Below, piece by piece: positions 1 to 9,696 of a stretch of DNA of 58,365 bases. The stretch is from an uncultured Pseudomonadales bacterium (lineage in GTDB: Bacteria; Patescibacteriota; Microgenomatia; UBA1400; PJMF01). The stretch covers positions 1 to 58,365 of the forward strand of contig CAZIBP010000002.1 of assembly GCA_964537665.1 (NCBI GenBank), read 5' to 3'. The notes under the pieces were generated by a model that was given only the letters and a program-made list of their open reading frames with translations, had not been told where the DNA came from and searched no databases. The position numbers and the translations under genes were made by a program. Numbering within the stretch: position 1 is the stretch's first letter; each line of letters starts with the position of its first letter.

Positions 1-53
1 GCCTCGAAAACTGTCGCCTTCGGGCACCGCGGGTTCGAGTCCCGCCCCTTCCG
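1..53 (+). tRNA. 3' part of a class II (long variable arm) tRNA, probably tRNA-Ser(CGA); the 5' part lies outside the window
   Basis: Loop CUCGAAA at 3-9 (anticodon CGA). UUCG-capped variable-arm stem at 16-25. T arm GCGGG-TTCGAGT-CCCGC at 29-45. Acceptor 3' strand CCCTTCC and discriminator G53. No encoded CCA. Position 31-39 would be a C-A mismatch. Confidence 0.7.
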
Positions 54-202
54 CAAGTATCGATTTTTTCTGGATAGACACGTCTATTTGCTGTATTAGG
101 TTGATGTGTCACACTTCTTTTCTTCTAAATTTACCAGATGTGAGTTTTGAAGCCTGTAATCGTTGGTATAATAGTATTAGTAATCTTATTTATTAAACCA
201 AA

Positions 203-955
203 ATGAACAATGAACTAGTCAGGATACACTACCTTTCTAAAGTTCCAATTAAGATTAAGTTGTACTTTGATGAAACTTATCTGGCTCTAGGAACAGCATT
301 CGTGTATAAGAAAAATGATAATTATTATTTAGTATCTAATTGGCACAATTTTTCCGGTAGAGATCCAGATAATGATCAACCTTTATCACCGACTGCAGCT
401 ATACCAAATAAAATTAAGTGCAAATTAGTTTTAAATAAAGAAATACTTGAGTGGGAAGATTATTCTTTTGATTTGATAGAAAATGATCAAAGAAAATGGC
501 TTCAACATCCAAGATACAAATCAAAAGTTGATATTGCAATTTTACCTATCAGAATTCCGACCAAGTTTAAACCGAATCCAATAAATGATTATGAATTTAC
601 TAATCTACGAATAGAAATTGCTAGGGATGTATTTATTTTGGGTTTCCCAAAAGGAATAAATGGAAGAAAAGAGTTGCCGATATGGAAAAGAGCAAGTATT
701 GCAAGTGAACCTGGAGGGAATTACCCTAAAATTCTAGTTGATACTGCAACAAGAGAAGGTATGTCTGGATCTCCCGTAATAATGCAACATAAAGGATATT
801 TTATAAAAACTGATGATGATGAAGATTGGACTACAGATGCTTATCAATTTTTAGGAATTTACTCAGGTCGTTTAGGTGAAGATGAATTGAAAGCTCAATT
901 GGGAATAGTTTGGAAAAAAGAACTAATTAATGAAATAATTGAATCTAAAAATTGA
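203..955 (+). CDS. Trypsin/chymotrypsin-fold serine protease, no signal peptide (predicted cytoplasmic)
   Basis: 250-aa ORF with His/Asp/Ser triad contexts SNWHNFSG, VDIAIL and GMSGSPV. Extended -10 TGgTATAAT at 164-172. Confidence 0.7.
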   Translation: MNNELVRIHYLSKVPIKIKLYFDETYLALGTAFVYKKNDNYYLVSNWHNFSGRDPDNDQPLSPTAAIPNKIKCKLVLNKEILEWEDYSFDLIENDQRKWLQHPRYKSKVDIAILPIRIPTKFKPNPINDYEFTNLRIEIARDVFILGFPKGINGRKELPIWKRASIASEPGGNYPKILVDTATREGMSGSPVIMQHKGYFIKTDDDEDWTTDAYQFLGIYSGRLGEDELKAQLGIVWKKELINEIIESKN

Positions 956-1033
956 ACAATAAATTAATTTTTATGATTAGTGATTTTAAAAAAGAATTTT
1001 CCACAGTCACTTGCTTATTTTTTTTACAATAAA

Positions 1034-1894
1034 TTAGCTGATTAGAGAGCTAATAATTTTTTCTTCACATTCTTTTCTAAATAAATGTCCACCGCTCTCA
1101 TCAATAAAAAGTTTGCTGTTTGGTATTTGTGATTGATAATACTTCCCCATATTCAACGAAACATTTCTATCTTTTGCTCCATACCAAAGATAAACCTTTG
1201 TTTTAATATCGCTTAATTTGAATCCCCAATCATCAGTGTAGATTTTTAAGTCTAATGCTGGACCTTTAATACCTTGTCGATAAGCCTCTTTACTAGAAGC
1301 AAAGTTACTGATTTCTTTTTTATTTTTAAGCATTTGTCTATCTTCTTTTGCTTGGAAACCAACTATTTTGCCAATTATTGGAAAGTATTTAAATTCCAAA
1401 GCTCCAATCAAAGAAGCCAATTTTCTTAAGAATGGAAATTGATGATAATTATTCCAGCCAATTCTAGATATAAAAAATATACCTTTAGTTATTTCTTTGG
1501 AAACAATTGGAGATAGTCCAACGACAATGGCAGTTTTAGTAACTCTATCTTTTAATTTATATACACAAGCAGCGGCATATGGTCCACCACCAGAAACTCC
1601 TATTACGGCAAATTTTTTAAGTTTTAATTTATCAGCTAATTCAGTAACATCGTCCGCCCAATCAAGTAAAGTTCTATTTGTTTTATAAGTTGATAAGCCA
1701 AATCCTGGACGATCTGGAGATATTACTCTTATTCCCAGCTTTTTTGCTGATATATCCAATTCAGAACCAGAAAGACGTGATGCTGGCCAGCCGTGAAAGT
1801 AAAAGAGTGGTTTGCCATCCTGATTGCCATATTCACAGTAAGCAAGCTTTCTACCATCTTTGAGCTTAATGATAAAATTTATGTTTTTAGACAT
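1034..1894 (-). CDS. Alpha/beta hydrolase (proline iminopeptidase-like)
   Basis: HGWP oxyanion motif (FYFHGWPASR) and nucleophile elbow GVSGGG. Start chosen at MSKNINF (ATG 1894) rather than the GTG at 1942. Confidence 0.8.
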   Translation of the reverse strand: MSKNINFIIKLKDGRKLAYCEYGNQDGKPLFYFHGWPASRLSGSELDISAKKLGIRVISPDRPGFGLSTYKTNRTLLDWADDVTELADKLKLKKFAVIGVSGGGPYAAACVYKLKDRVTKTAIVVGLSPIVSKEITKGIFFISRIGWNNYHQFPFLRKLASLIGALEFKYFPIIGKIVGFQAKEDRQMLKNKKEISNFASSKEAYRQGIKGPALDLKIYTDDWGFKLSDIKTKVYLWYGAKDRNVSLNMGKYYQSQIPNSKLFIDESGGHLFRKECEEKIISSLIS

Positions 1895-2122
1895 AAGTGA
1901 AACAAATATGATTATATACTGTCTCATTTTGAGTATAATCACCCCCCCAGTGGAGTGAGTGGTTATAAGGCCGCACGAGTTCCAGAACTGAGTGCTCCAT
2001 CATTTTCTTTTTAAGCTTTTTATTCTTTAATTTGATATATAGTTTATCCCTGTTATTTTTTTTACAACTATATTATTATTAGACTAATTTAGTAATTAAT
2101 TTTATCTGCTTAATAATAAAAG

Positions 2123-3118
2123 ATGTCAAATATGGGTAATGTAGAAAAATATTCTGATCAAATAAACAATCTTGTATTGGAATTAGCAGACACTAATCAT
2201 AATGGCGTTGTTGAAGATGAATCTGGAAAAATTAAAACTCTCTTAAGAAGGCTTCCAAAAATTTTATCATTTTTGAGAATAGAAGATGCAAAAATTTCTT
2301 TAATAAAAAGTAGAGACACAACTGAACATAGTGCAAATAGATTAATAATTTTAATTAAATCAGAAGAGGCTTCGTATGTTATTAAATACAAAAGAGTTGG
2401 ATTTAATTCATACGAATCAAGCTACCGACAGGGTGATTTTTCTGGAACTTTAGCGCCTAAAATTTTTTTAGAGGGAAAAACATTTATTATGGAAGAATAC
2501 ATTGATCCAGAAAGATTTCCCTCTTTAGATTCAATAGCAAGAGAAAATGGTCTAAAACAAATATTAGGTTTAATAGCCAATGTATTTTCTGAAATTGTTT
2601 CAGAGGAAATTAGTTACTTTGATCGTCATTTTTTGGATAAGTTTAAATTAAGAGAAAATTCTGAAAGTGTCGTAATTATCAATTGGAGTAAAGTTAAAAA
2701 AACTAAAAGACTTAATTTGGTAAATAAGCCAAATTCAAGGGCGGGGATTGCATTTGCAATACTACATAGAAGAATGGACTTATTGAATGAAGATTTGAGA
2801 AAAACATTGATAGAAGATCAAACTTTGGTAGGTAAGAATTATACATTTACTGCATTTTCAATTATTTGTTATAAGCTGAACATATGCAAGGATAATTATC
2901 CTGATTTATATATGGATATAGCTAAAGAATTTGAAGACATAAATGGCGATCCAGACTTTTTATTGCAAGTGATTTTTGTGTTCAACATAGTTCTAATAGG
3001 ATTAGAAACATTCCTAGAAGACAGCGGACAAAGTGATAATGCATGGATGGATGTTTGGCTCTATTTTAAAGAGTTCGTTAAAAAGTTTTCTGAGAGTATA
3101 AAAAACTATAATTTATAA
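2123..3118 (+). CDS. Hypothetical protein, possibly a degenerate kinase-like (APH/protein-kinase) fold
   Basis: 331-aa ORF. It has a VIKYK strand, an IMEEYID hinge-like segment and VVIINWSKV in place of the IDW motif. Catalytic residues are not clearly conserved. Confidence 0.5.
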   Translation: MSNMGNVEKYSDQINNLVLELADTNHNGVVEDESGKIKTLLRRLPKILSFLRIEDAKISLIKSRDTTEHSANRLIILIKSEEASYVIKYKRVGFNSYESSYRQGDFSGTLAPKIFLEGKTFIMEEYIDPERFPSLDSIARENGLKQILGLIANVFSEIVSEEISYFDRHFLDKFKLRENSESVVIINWSKVKKTKRLNLVNKPNSRAGIAFAILHRRMDLLNEDLRKTLIEDQTLVGKNYTFTAFSIICYKLNICKDNYPDLYMDIAKEFEDINGDPDFLLQVIFVFNIVLIGLETFLEDSGQSDNAWMDVWLYFKEFVKKFSESIKNYNL

Positions 3119-3236
3119 GTTGACTGGCAAAAAAGTTACGATTTTTTTCATTTTTTTCTGCTGTTGAATTAGTCTTTTTGAGAGTTAAAGAGTGTGTAAT
3201 AAAAAATGTTTATTATTCAATATTTTTAACAAATAG

Positions 3237-3488
3237 ATGCAAATCAACTCTGGCGTAGTCCACCAACTTCCAACTGATCTGAAAGATGTTTTAATTTCTA
3301 ATCCAGAAGTTTTAGAACTTTGGAACAATCTAACACCTTTAGCAAGAAACGAATGGATTTGTTGGGTGACCGCAGTCAAAAAGGCAGAAACCAGAAAAGA
3401 TCACCTGAGACGTTTGCAGGAAGATTTACTTAAGGGTAAGCGCAGGCCATGTTGCTGGCCAGGTTGCTCTCATCGCGATAAAAATTAA
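3237..3488 (+). CDS. YdeI/OmpD-associated family small protein
   Basis: The pattern P.DL...L..NPE....W..L.P..R.EWI.W....KK.ETR..R matches the YdeI-type C-terminal domain as I remember it. Confidence 0.6.
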   Translation: MQINSGVVHQLPTDLKDVLISNPEVLELWNNLTPLARNEWICWVTAVKKAETRKDHLRRLQEDLLKGKRRPCCWPGCSHRDKN

Positions 3489-3500
3489 TAAAGAATAAAA

Positions 3501-3833
3501 ATGAACAAAGAAATTTCCACCTATATTTCCAAGCAAGAAACAAAACAACAAGAAGTTCTAACTCAAACTAGAAATTTAATTAAGACTTTATTGCCAGCAG
3601 CAGAAGAAAGAATGAGCTATGGAGTGCCTTCTTTTAGACTAAATGATAAATCCATCATGTACGCAGCTTTCAAAAATCATTTGGGACTTTATCCAGGACC
3701 ACAGATCATTGAGCATTTCCAAAAAGAACTAACAGCATACGAAACAGCCAAAGGTACTATTAAATTTAATTTAGATCAGCCAATTCCCTTTGATCTGATT
3801 ACAAAAATCGTGAAATATAAATACAGCTTGTGA
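3501..3833 (+). CDS. DUF1801 (YdhG-like) domain protein
   Basis: 110 aa. The central MSYGVPSFRLNDKSIMYAAFKNHLGLYPG segment is typical of DUF1801. Confidence 0.65.
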   Translation: MNKEISTYISKQETKQQEVLTQTRNLIKTLLPAAEERMSYGVPSFRLNDKSIMYAAFKNHLGLYPGPQIIEHFQKELTAYETAKGTIKFNLDQPIPFDLITKIVKYKYSL

Positions 3834-4048
3834 GAATTTCTGTTTGCGTCCATCCCAACTCCAAAAAACCAAGAATTATCAAAAATAATTTGGGTAACTT
3901 TGAAATTTATGTTGCGCAAAAAGCAGTTGAGAACCAAGCTAATTTAGCGGTAATCGAAGCACTAGCAGAATATTTCAAAGTTAAAAAATCAGCAATTAGA
4001 TTTATTTCAGGGATGAAATCTAAAATAAAGATTTTTGAAATTCTTTAA
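3830..4048 (+). CDS. DUF167 (YggU-like) protein
   Basis: GTG start overlaps the upstream stop (GTGA). The N-terminus RISVCVHPNSKKPRI resembles the DUF167 signature. Confidence 0.6.
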   Translation: MRISVCVHPNSKKPRIIKNNLGNFEIYVAQKAVENQANLAVIEALAEYFKVKKSAIRFISGMKSKIKIFEIL

Positions 4049-4067
4049 AAAATGCTAAGCTATAACT

Positions 4068-4397
4068 ATGATTTATAAAATCTGGAAATTTAGTTTACTC
4101 GTTATCTTTCTCGCTGTTTTATTTCATTTTCTCAAGGACATCACTCAAGATATTTTTGGTCTTGCAACTGTTTTGGATAAATTTGGCAACATTGAAGAAG
4201 ATATTAGCTACTTTCCCATGTGGCTAACTTGGTTGTATCACTGGGCTTGGGTTAATGTCTTTTTTGCGGAAATTGCCATCGTCATAATAATTCCTTTAAA
4301 AATTAAAGAAAAAATCTTTACCAAAAAAGATTTGATGATAGCTGTTTGTTTGTTCTATTTAATTTTGATTATGGGGATTGCTTACTTTTTACAGTAG
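4068..4397 (+). CDS. Small integral membrane protein (3 predicted TM helices)
   Basis: Hydrophobic 109-aa ORF. Extended -10 TGcTAAGCT ends 6 nt before the ATG. Confidence 0.55.
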   Translation: MIYKIWKFSLLVIFLAVLFHFLKDITQDIFGLATVLDKFGNIEEDISYFPMWLTWLYHWAWVNVFFAEIAIVIIIPLKIKEKIFTKKDLMIAVCLFYLILIMGIAYFLQ

Positions 4398-4409
4398 CTT
4401 TTTGTTGCT

Positions 4410-7400
4410 ATGAATGAAGCCAAGTTAAACACAGAGAATACAAGCGCTGAATCTATTTCTCCAGCAGAAAGAAGTTTAAATCTGGTTTCTTTTCAGTCTT
4501 TAAGTGCCTTAGCATTAAAGAACCTGAGAACTAAACTACCCGAAGCCATGCAACAGGGTTTTCGTTTTACTTATATAGAAAACTCTAGAAATTTAGCATT
4601 AGCTCAGTCTTTGGTTAAAGGTGGTGATTTGTTAGGAGCGAAAGATGCTCTCACCAATATAGATATAGAAGAAATTTTTGAAGAAAAAGAATTATTAAAA
4701 TTAGTTGAACTTTATTTTCAAATTGGTGAAAAAGCAGAAGCTTTAAAGATAGCAGGCGAAATGATTGAAAATGAAAGAGGAATAAAAGCTGTTTTTTTGG
4801 CTGAAAATTTTATTGATCTTCTTTATGCTAATGGAGTTTTAGACCAAGATACAGCAATAAAAATCATTAGTAGTATTGAAAGCCAAGATGTCCAATTGAA
4901 TTTTATATATCGATATCTTAATAAGCAGAATGATGCCGACATTTATCAGCTTACAATTTCCATATTAAATAAAATTAAAATTTCACCAAGAAATCAAATA
5001 ACACTATGTCTTCGGGCAAAAGATATTTGTTTAAAAAATAATCAGATTGAGTGGGCTAAGGAAATGATTGATAAGGCTTTTAAAATTGTTGGTGATCTAG
5101 AGTTCTCAACGGCAAAATTCTATGCCATTTTTGATATAGCTACTGATCAAACTTCAGAAACCAAAATTATTTCTGCTGAAGAAGCTATTTCACAGATGAA
5201 AGAATTAATCAGAATAATTGAAAATAAAGAAGTTGAACCCCATGAAGTTTTCACTCATGGCGATGATGTCTCTCAAATTAATATGTATTTTGCGGAGTTT
5301 TTATTGAGAGAAGGTATGACTGCTGAAGCAGAGGTTGTTTTGGAAAAGATTTCCATGCCTGCTCAAAAAGAAAACACAATGCTGAGAATAGCTAGGCAGT
5401 ATGCAGAAAAAGGAGATAAAACTAGTGCTAAAAGACTAATTGCTGAAGCAGGAAAATTTGGTTGGGAAAACAATAGAGGGATTAATGGAAATGGTTATGG
5501 GTGGAATAAAGAAAATCCTCTCCCAGTTTCTATTGCCAAAACTCAGATGATAATTGGTGATTTAGAATCAGCTATTAGAACACTTGAAGGAATTATTCCA
5601 GGTCTCACAAAAGAGTTAAGTGAAGAAAAAAAGAGCAAAGAAAAAAGTTGGGTTGACGAATTATTGATAAGTGATGTTTCTAAAGAATTTAAATCAATTG
5701 GTGTTAATTACAATTACTTCCATCAAACTGTAGTGGAATTATTAAATGAGGGACATACCGAAAAAGCTATTTTACTTTTAACTAAGTATCCTGAATTCAT
5801 TGCAGCTATACCAGATAATTCGGAGCAAAGAATTGTTGCACTTGGTCAAATTACCGCTTTACAAATAAAACTTAAACAACCAATTACAACTAGTCTAATC
5901 TTAAGACACATAAGTTTTTCTTTGGACAAAGATGACTTTTTAAATCAAGAAAAAGAGCAAAATAACGAGCATACTCTTAAAAAATTAATTGCTATAGCCA
6001 AAATTCAATCAACTTTTCCAGACAAAAATGAATTAACTAAAACCTTGGAGATTGCTGAAAAATTCATCAATCAAGATTCTTCAAAAGATATTGTTGGAAT
6101 TATAATTGATATGGCAAAGCTTTGGCTTTTAGTTCCAGAAAAAAATAAGGCAATTGAGCAAGTTAATAGAGCTTTGCTAATTTGTGAATTTAACTTTAAT
6201 TTCGAAGAAAATTGTTCTCATAACGAAGCCCATTCGATTTTTCTAGCCAACAAAAAAAATTTATTGGAAATATATGAACTTTTTTTAAATTTAGGAGAAA
6301 AAGATAGGGCTTCTAAAGTGATTAAATATATAGCAATTTCCGTTATTAAATTTGAAAATGAAATTCAAAAACGAGAACAAAAGAAAACCAAGAACACCTT
6401 TATTTTAAAAAATTGGAATAACGAATGGCCACTTTCCAAAGATTGTTTTGAACTTAGTGAGTTGTTACTAAGTAATGGAGACATGACTGTTACTAGAGAG
6501 CTTATGTCTTTAGTTGCTCAAAAAATGCAAAGTGGTGTTTTTGACACAAGTAATTTCATCACTATAAATAAAAAAATAGTTAGTTTGTTGACTAGCAAAA
6601 AAGAATTGTTGTCTGAACAAATAGATTATAAATTACTTAAAGATAAAATCTTAATCAATGGACGCTTGAATGCACAGCTGCTCACTGAAGTTGGTTCTTT
6701 TGCTGAAAAAGATTCTATTGAGCAATTATTATCTTTAGTGCCTTCAGAGCAATTAAAATTAGCTAGACAGATTATCTATAGAAGTGCTGTAGAGAATGAG
6801 ACTGGCTTTTGGAGAGCCAACCAGGAATTGATTTCCAAAAGCACCCTTGCTTTGTTAACAGAAGCTATTGCTAATCAAAATATTGAAGAAGTAATGCTTG
6901 GCAAATATTTGTTAGGAACTATTAATTTGCTTAGCACTAAAGAAGCAAAAGACGCTTTGCTTGGAATTGCTAGAAGTTTAGCCAGCCAGGATAGCATTCA
7001 ATACGATCAATTCTTAAATCCTCATTTTATGAGGATTTTAAAAACTTTAGCAGAGTTAGACTCTTTTAGAGGAAATGATTTGATTTTTATTATTGCTGCT
7101 GATGAGAATCTTCCAGCTCATTATTCTAATTATTTATTTGGCAAACTTACAGAAAACAAATATTTGCAGTTTGATATTAATGACTGGCTTAGAAAAAGAA
7201 AAGGTAAAAGAACTGAGCGGGATAAAATTAGAGGTTGGGTTAGATTGCCAGCAGATCAAGAATTGAAGCAAGAAAGAATAGAATTAGCGGCGATTAAAAT
7301 GATTTGTAGATTGGGCGCTGCGCCTTCTTCCGACATATTGGATTATCTTCTAGATAGAGAAGAAACAGATCTCTACGAACTAACTTTAGAAGAGGTTGCC

Positions 7401-9269
7401 GAAAGAGTTAAGTTTTTGGAAGGATATAAACAAAAATTTGAAACTGTTGCAGATCAGAGTGAGTTGATAGCTCTTTTAACAAAAGATAAAAATGCTGCTT
7501 CAGCTTTTTACCTTTTAAATAATGGCAGAGTAACCTTTGATTTGGTGAACAATTACAGCTTTGATAAATTTAAAGAAATGCTAGAGTTAATTGGAAGATT
7601 GCAGATTCATGAGCAGCCAATATTGGAATTTAGAACAGCTTTGATTAATAGTGGCATGACCAGCGCACAGGCAGATCAAATAATTAGTAATCTTAAGCAT
7701 GGTTCTCCGCCTTTTGGTAAAAGTAGCGGTGAATTGATTAGATTAGATATTTCCGATACTACTAAGTTAAGAGACGCTAATAGAGAGCTGGCCGATGTTT
7801 TAGGCAGTGAGCAAATGGGCATTAGTTTCAAAGTTCCACAATATCGAAAATATTTGAATGCGAGCGATCATTTACAGGCTAAGAACTATCTCACAAAACT
7901 TATCAATGCTAACTCTTTGGCTGAGGCAACAAGATTAATCAAAGAAATTGAAAAGGTTTTCCCTGACTTTGAGACTCGTTTAATCTCCGATCTTAGTGAT
8001 AAATGGGATCATTTTAGAAAAAAAAGTATTTTGCCTCTCACCTTTGAAAGTATTTTGAAAAGTAGTTCTAATCCAGTGAATGGTGAAGAAGTTATTCAAG
8101 CTTTGGAACAAAATCGCTCAGCTTTGAAAAGAGCTAAAACAGATGTTATTGATGCTCTGAAACACGAAAATCCAGAGATTAAAAGGTTGCAAGCAGATCT
8201 TAAAAAGAAACAAGCTGTAAAAGAAAAACTAAAAGGTAATTTAGAAAAAAGTCCCAGCAATACTAGAATCATCGAGCAAATAGAGTCTATTGATAAAGAT
8301 TTAATTTTATTAGAACAAAATTTAAAACAAATTAAGACTAACCCAATTGCCCAAAGATATGATCATTTACCTGACCAGGAAAAAAGAGAATTGTTGGAAA
8401 AGACAAAAAAAGAACTCGAAGCACTATCACAAAAAGATTCTAGTCTAGTTTTGCTTGATATTATTGTCGAAATAATTGGGCTTGAAAATCTAAATGAAGG
8501 GGAGGTGGATTTAATTAAGGAAGTTGCTTCTCACTTAGAATCACCCATTCATGCTATTACCGATTTAGCTAAACTTGACGCTAGTTTTAGAAGAAAGCAA
8601 CGCAAAGAGGCAAGGTTGCGGCTTTTGGATAAAAAGGATGATCTGATTACCATGTTGAGATTTGCAGACTCAAAAATTTGCTGTTTTTCCAGTTCAAATT
8701 ATGAAATGAGAGTAGCTCATGGAATTCCAAATAAAGAATGGGTGGCCTCAATTAATAAAGATCCATTATCTTTCGTTTTTCAAATTGAAGAATTAAAAGA
8801 TAACGAAAATGATAAAACTAAAAACTTGGGCTTTGTTTTTGGTTCATTTGGTGTTTCAAGCGATGGTTTGCCAGTAGTTCTCTTAAATGGAATTTATTTT
8901 TCTGAAGGAAACGATTTAAAATCAGTTCAAAGTATTCTTCGCTCTGTTGAAAGTCAGTTATCTGCGCCGATCAAAGCACAATATCAGCTTTTGGCATCTA
9001 AATATGGTGGTTCACTGTCCGGTCAAATACCTGGCTATGATGGCAAAGCTGTGACGGTCAAAAGACTTAGAGCTTTAAAAGGCAAAGGAGATAAGCCAGA
9101 GACAATTATTTATGACGATCTTGGTACAGCTATTAATCAATTTCTTGATTATTCTGGTAGTAATAGTGTTACCCATAAACAGTTTGGTGAAAAAATTAAG
9201 CCAGCTAAACAATTTTATAATAGGTTTATGGCGAAGTTTGGCTCTCTAGTTCCAAGATTGAGTGCTTAA
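4410..9269 (+). CDS. Giant 1619-aa hypothetical protein: helical-repeat N-terminal half, coiled-coil region, unrecognised C-terminal domain
   Basis: Uninterrupted 4860-nt ORF in AT-rich DNA. No signal peptide or TM helices. TPR-like helical hairpins in the first ~900 aa. A K/E-rich heptad-like stretch around aa 1230-1330. Confidence 0.8.
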   Translation: MNEAKLNTENTSAESISPAERSLNLVSFQSLSALALKNLRTKLPEAMQQGFRFTYIENSRNLALAQSLVKGGDLLGAKDALTNIDIEEIFEEKELLKLVELYFQIGEKAEALKIAGEMIENERGIKAVFLAENFIDLLYANGVLDQDTAIKIISSIESQDVQLNFIYRYLNKQNDADIYQLTISILNKIKISPRNQITLCLRAKDICLKNNQIEWAKEMIDKAFKIVGDLEFSTAKFYAIFDIATDQTSETKIISAEEAISQMKELIRIIENKEVEPHEVFTHGDDVSQINMYFAEFLLREGMTAEAEVVLEKISMPAQKENTMLRIARQYAEKGDKTSAKRLIAEAGKFGWENNRGINGNGYGWNKENPLPVSIAKTQMIIGDLESAIRTLEGIIPGLTKELSEEKKSKEKSWVDELLISDVSKEFKSIGVNYNYFHQTVVELLNEGHTEKAILLLTKYPEFIAAIPDNSEQRIVALGQITALQIKLKQPITTSLILRHISFSLDKDDFLNQEKEQNNEHTLKKLIAIAKIQSTFPDKNELTKTLEIAEKFINQDSSKDIVGIIIDMAKLWLLVPEKNKAIEQVNRALLICEFNFNFEENCSHNEAHSIFLANKKNLLEIYELFLNLGEKDRASKVIKYIAISVIKFENEIQKREQKKTKNTFILKNWNNEWPLSKDCFELSELLLSNGDMTVTRELMSLVAQKMQSGVFDTSNFITINKKIVSLLTSKKELLSEQIDYKLLKDKILINGRLNAQLLTEVGSFAEKDSIEQLLSLVPSEQLKLARQIIYRSAVENETGFWRANQELISKSTLALLTEAIANQNIEEVMLGKYLLGTINLLSTKEAKDALLGIARSLASQDSIQYDQFLNPHFMRILKTLAELDSFRGNDLIFIIAADENLPAHYSNYLFGKLTENKYLQFDINDWLRKRKGKRTERDKIRGWVRLPADQELKQERIELAAIKMICRLGAAPSSDILDYLLDREETDLYELTLEEVAERVKFLEGYKQKFETVADQSELIALLTKDKNAASAFYLLNNGRVTFDLVNNYSFDKFKEMLELIGRLQIHEQPILEFRTALINSGMTSAQADQIISNLKHGSPPFGKSSGELIRLDISDTTKLRDANRELADVLGSEQMGISFKVPQYRKYLNASDHLQAKNYLTKLINANSLAEATRLIKEIEKVFPDFETRLISDLSDKWDHFRKKSILPLTFESILKSSSNPVNGEEVIQALEQNRSALKRAKTDVIDALKHENPEIKRLQADLKKKQAVKEKLKGNLEKSPSNTRIIEQIESIDKDLILLEQNLKQIKTNPIAQRYDHLPDQEKRELLEKTKKELEALSQKDSSLVLLDIIVEIIGLENLNEGEVDLIKEVASHLESPIHAITDLAKLDASFRRKQRKEARLRLLDKKDDLITMLRFADSKICCFSSSNYEMRVAHGIPNKEWVASINKDPLSFVFQIEELKDNENDKTKNLGFVFGSFGVSSDGLPVVLLNGIYFSEGNDLKSVQSILRSVESQLSAPIKAQYQLLASKYGGSLSGQIPGYDGKAVTVKRLRALKGKGDKPETIIYDDLGTAINQFLDYSGSNSVTHKQFGEKIKPAKQFYNRFMAKFGSLVPRLSA

Positions 9270-9303
9270 TAATTGCATAAAGTATTTATGCTATGATTTA
9301 TTT

Positions 9304-9696
9304 ATGTTCAAACAATTTTTGGTTGCTTTCCTCACCTTTTTAGCAATTGATGGTCTTTGGCTCACCGTGGTCGCCAAAGATTTCTACGCCAAACATCTTG
9401 GTTTTATCATGACCAAAACCCCTAATCTCACTGCAGCTTTGCTCTTTTATGTAATCTACATTTTTACCATGGTAGTTCTAATCATTTCTCCAGCTTTGCA
9501 AAAAGGCTCGCTCATGACTGCAATTTTGACTGGAGCTCTCTTTGGTCTGTGTGCTTACGCTACTTATGATTTGACTAATCTCGCTACCCTCAAAGATTGG
9601 CCGCTTCTTGTCACCATTGTTGATTTAATTTGGGGCACAGTGCTTTCAGCATCAGTCGCAGGAATAAGTTACTTAATTTTAACTAAGTTACTATGA
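9304..9696 (+). CDS. DUF2177 family membrane protein
   Basis: The N-terminus MFKQFLVAFLTFLAIDGLWLTVVAKDFYAKHLG resembles DUF2177. TGcTATGAT ends 6 nt before ATG 9304, so I reject the GTG 9262 extension. Confidence 0.65.
   Translation: MFKQFLVAFLTFLAIDGLWLTVVAKDFYAKHLGFIMTKTPNLTAALLFYVIYIFTMVVLIISPALQKGSLMTAILTGALFGLCAYATYDLTNLATLKDWPLLVTIVDLIWGTVLSASVAGISYLILTKLL

Noticed and set aside
9262-9303. GTG-initiated 14-codon extension of the DUF2177 gene; similar alternative-start extensions at 1942, 16200, 18964, 19982, 24248, 30917 and 52450
   Set aside because: The extensions overlap upstream genes or promoters and add non-conserved residues. Internal ATGs coincide with family-typical N-termini or with -10 elements.
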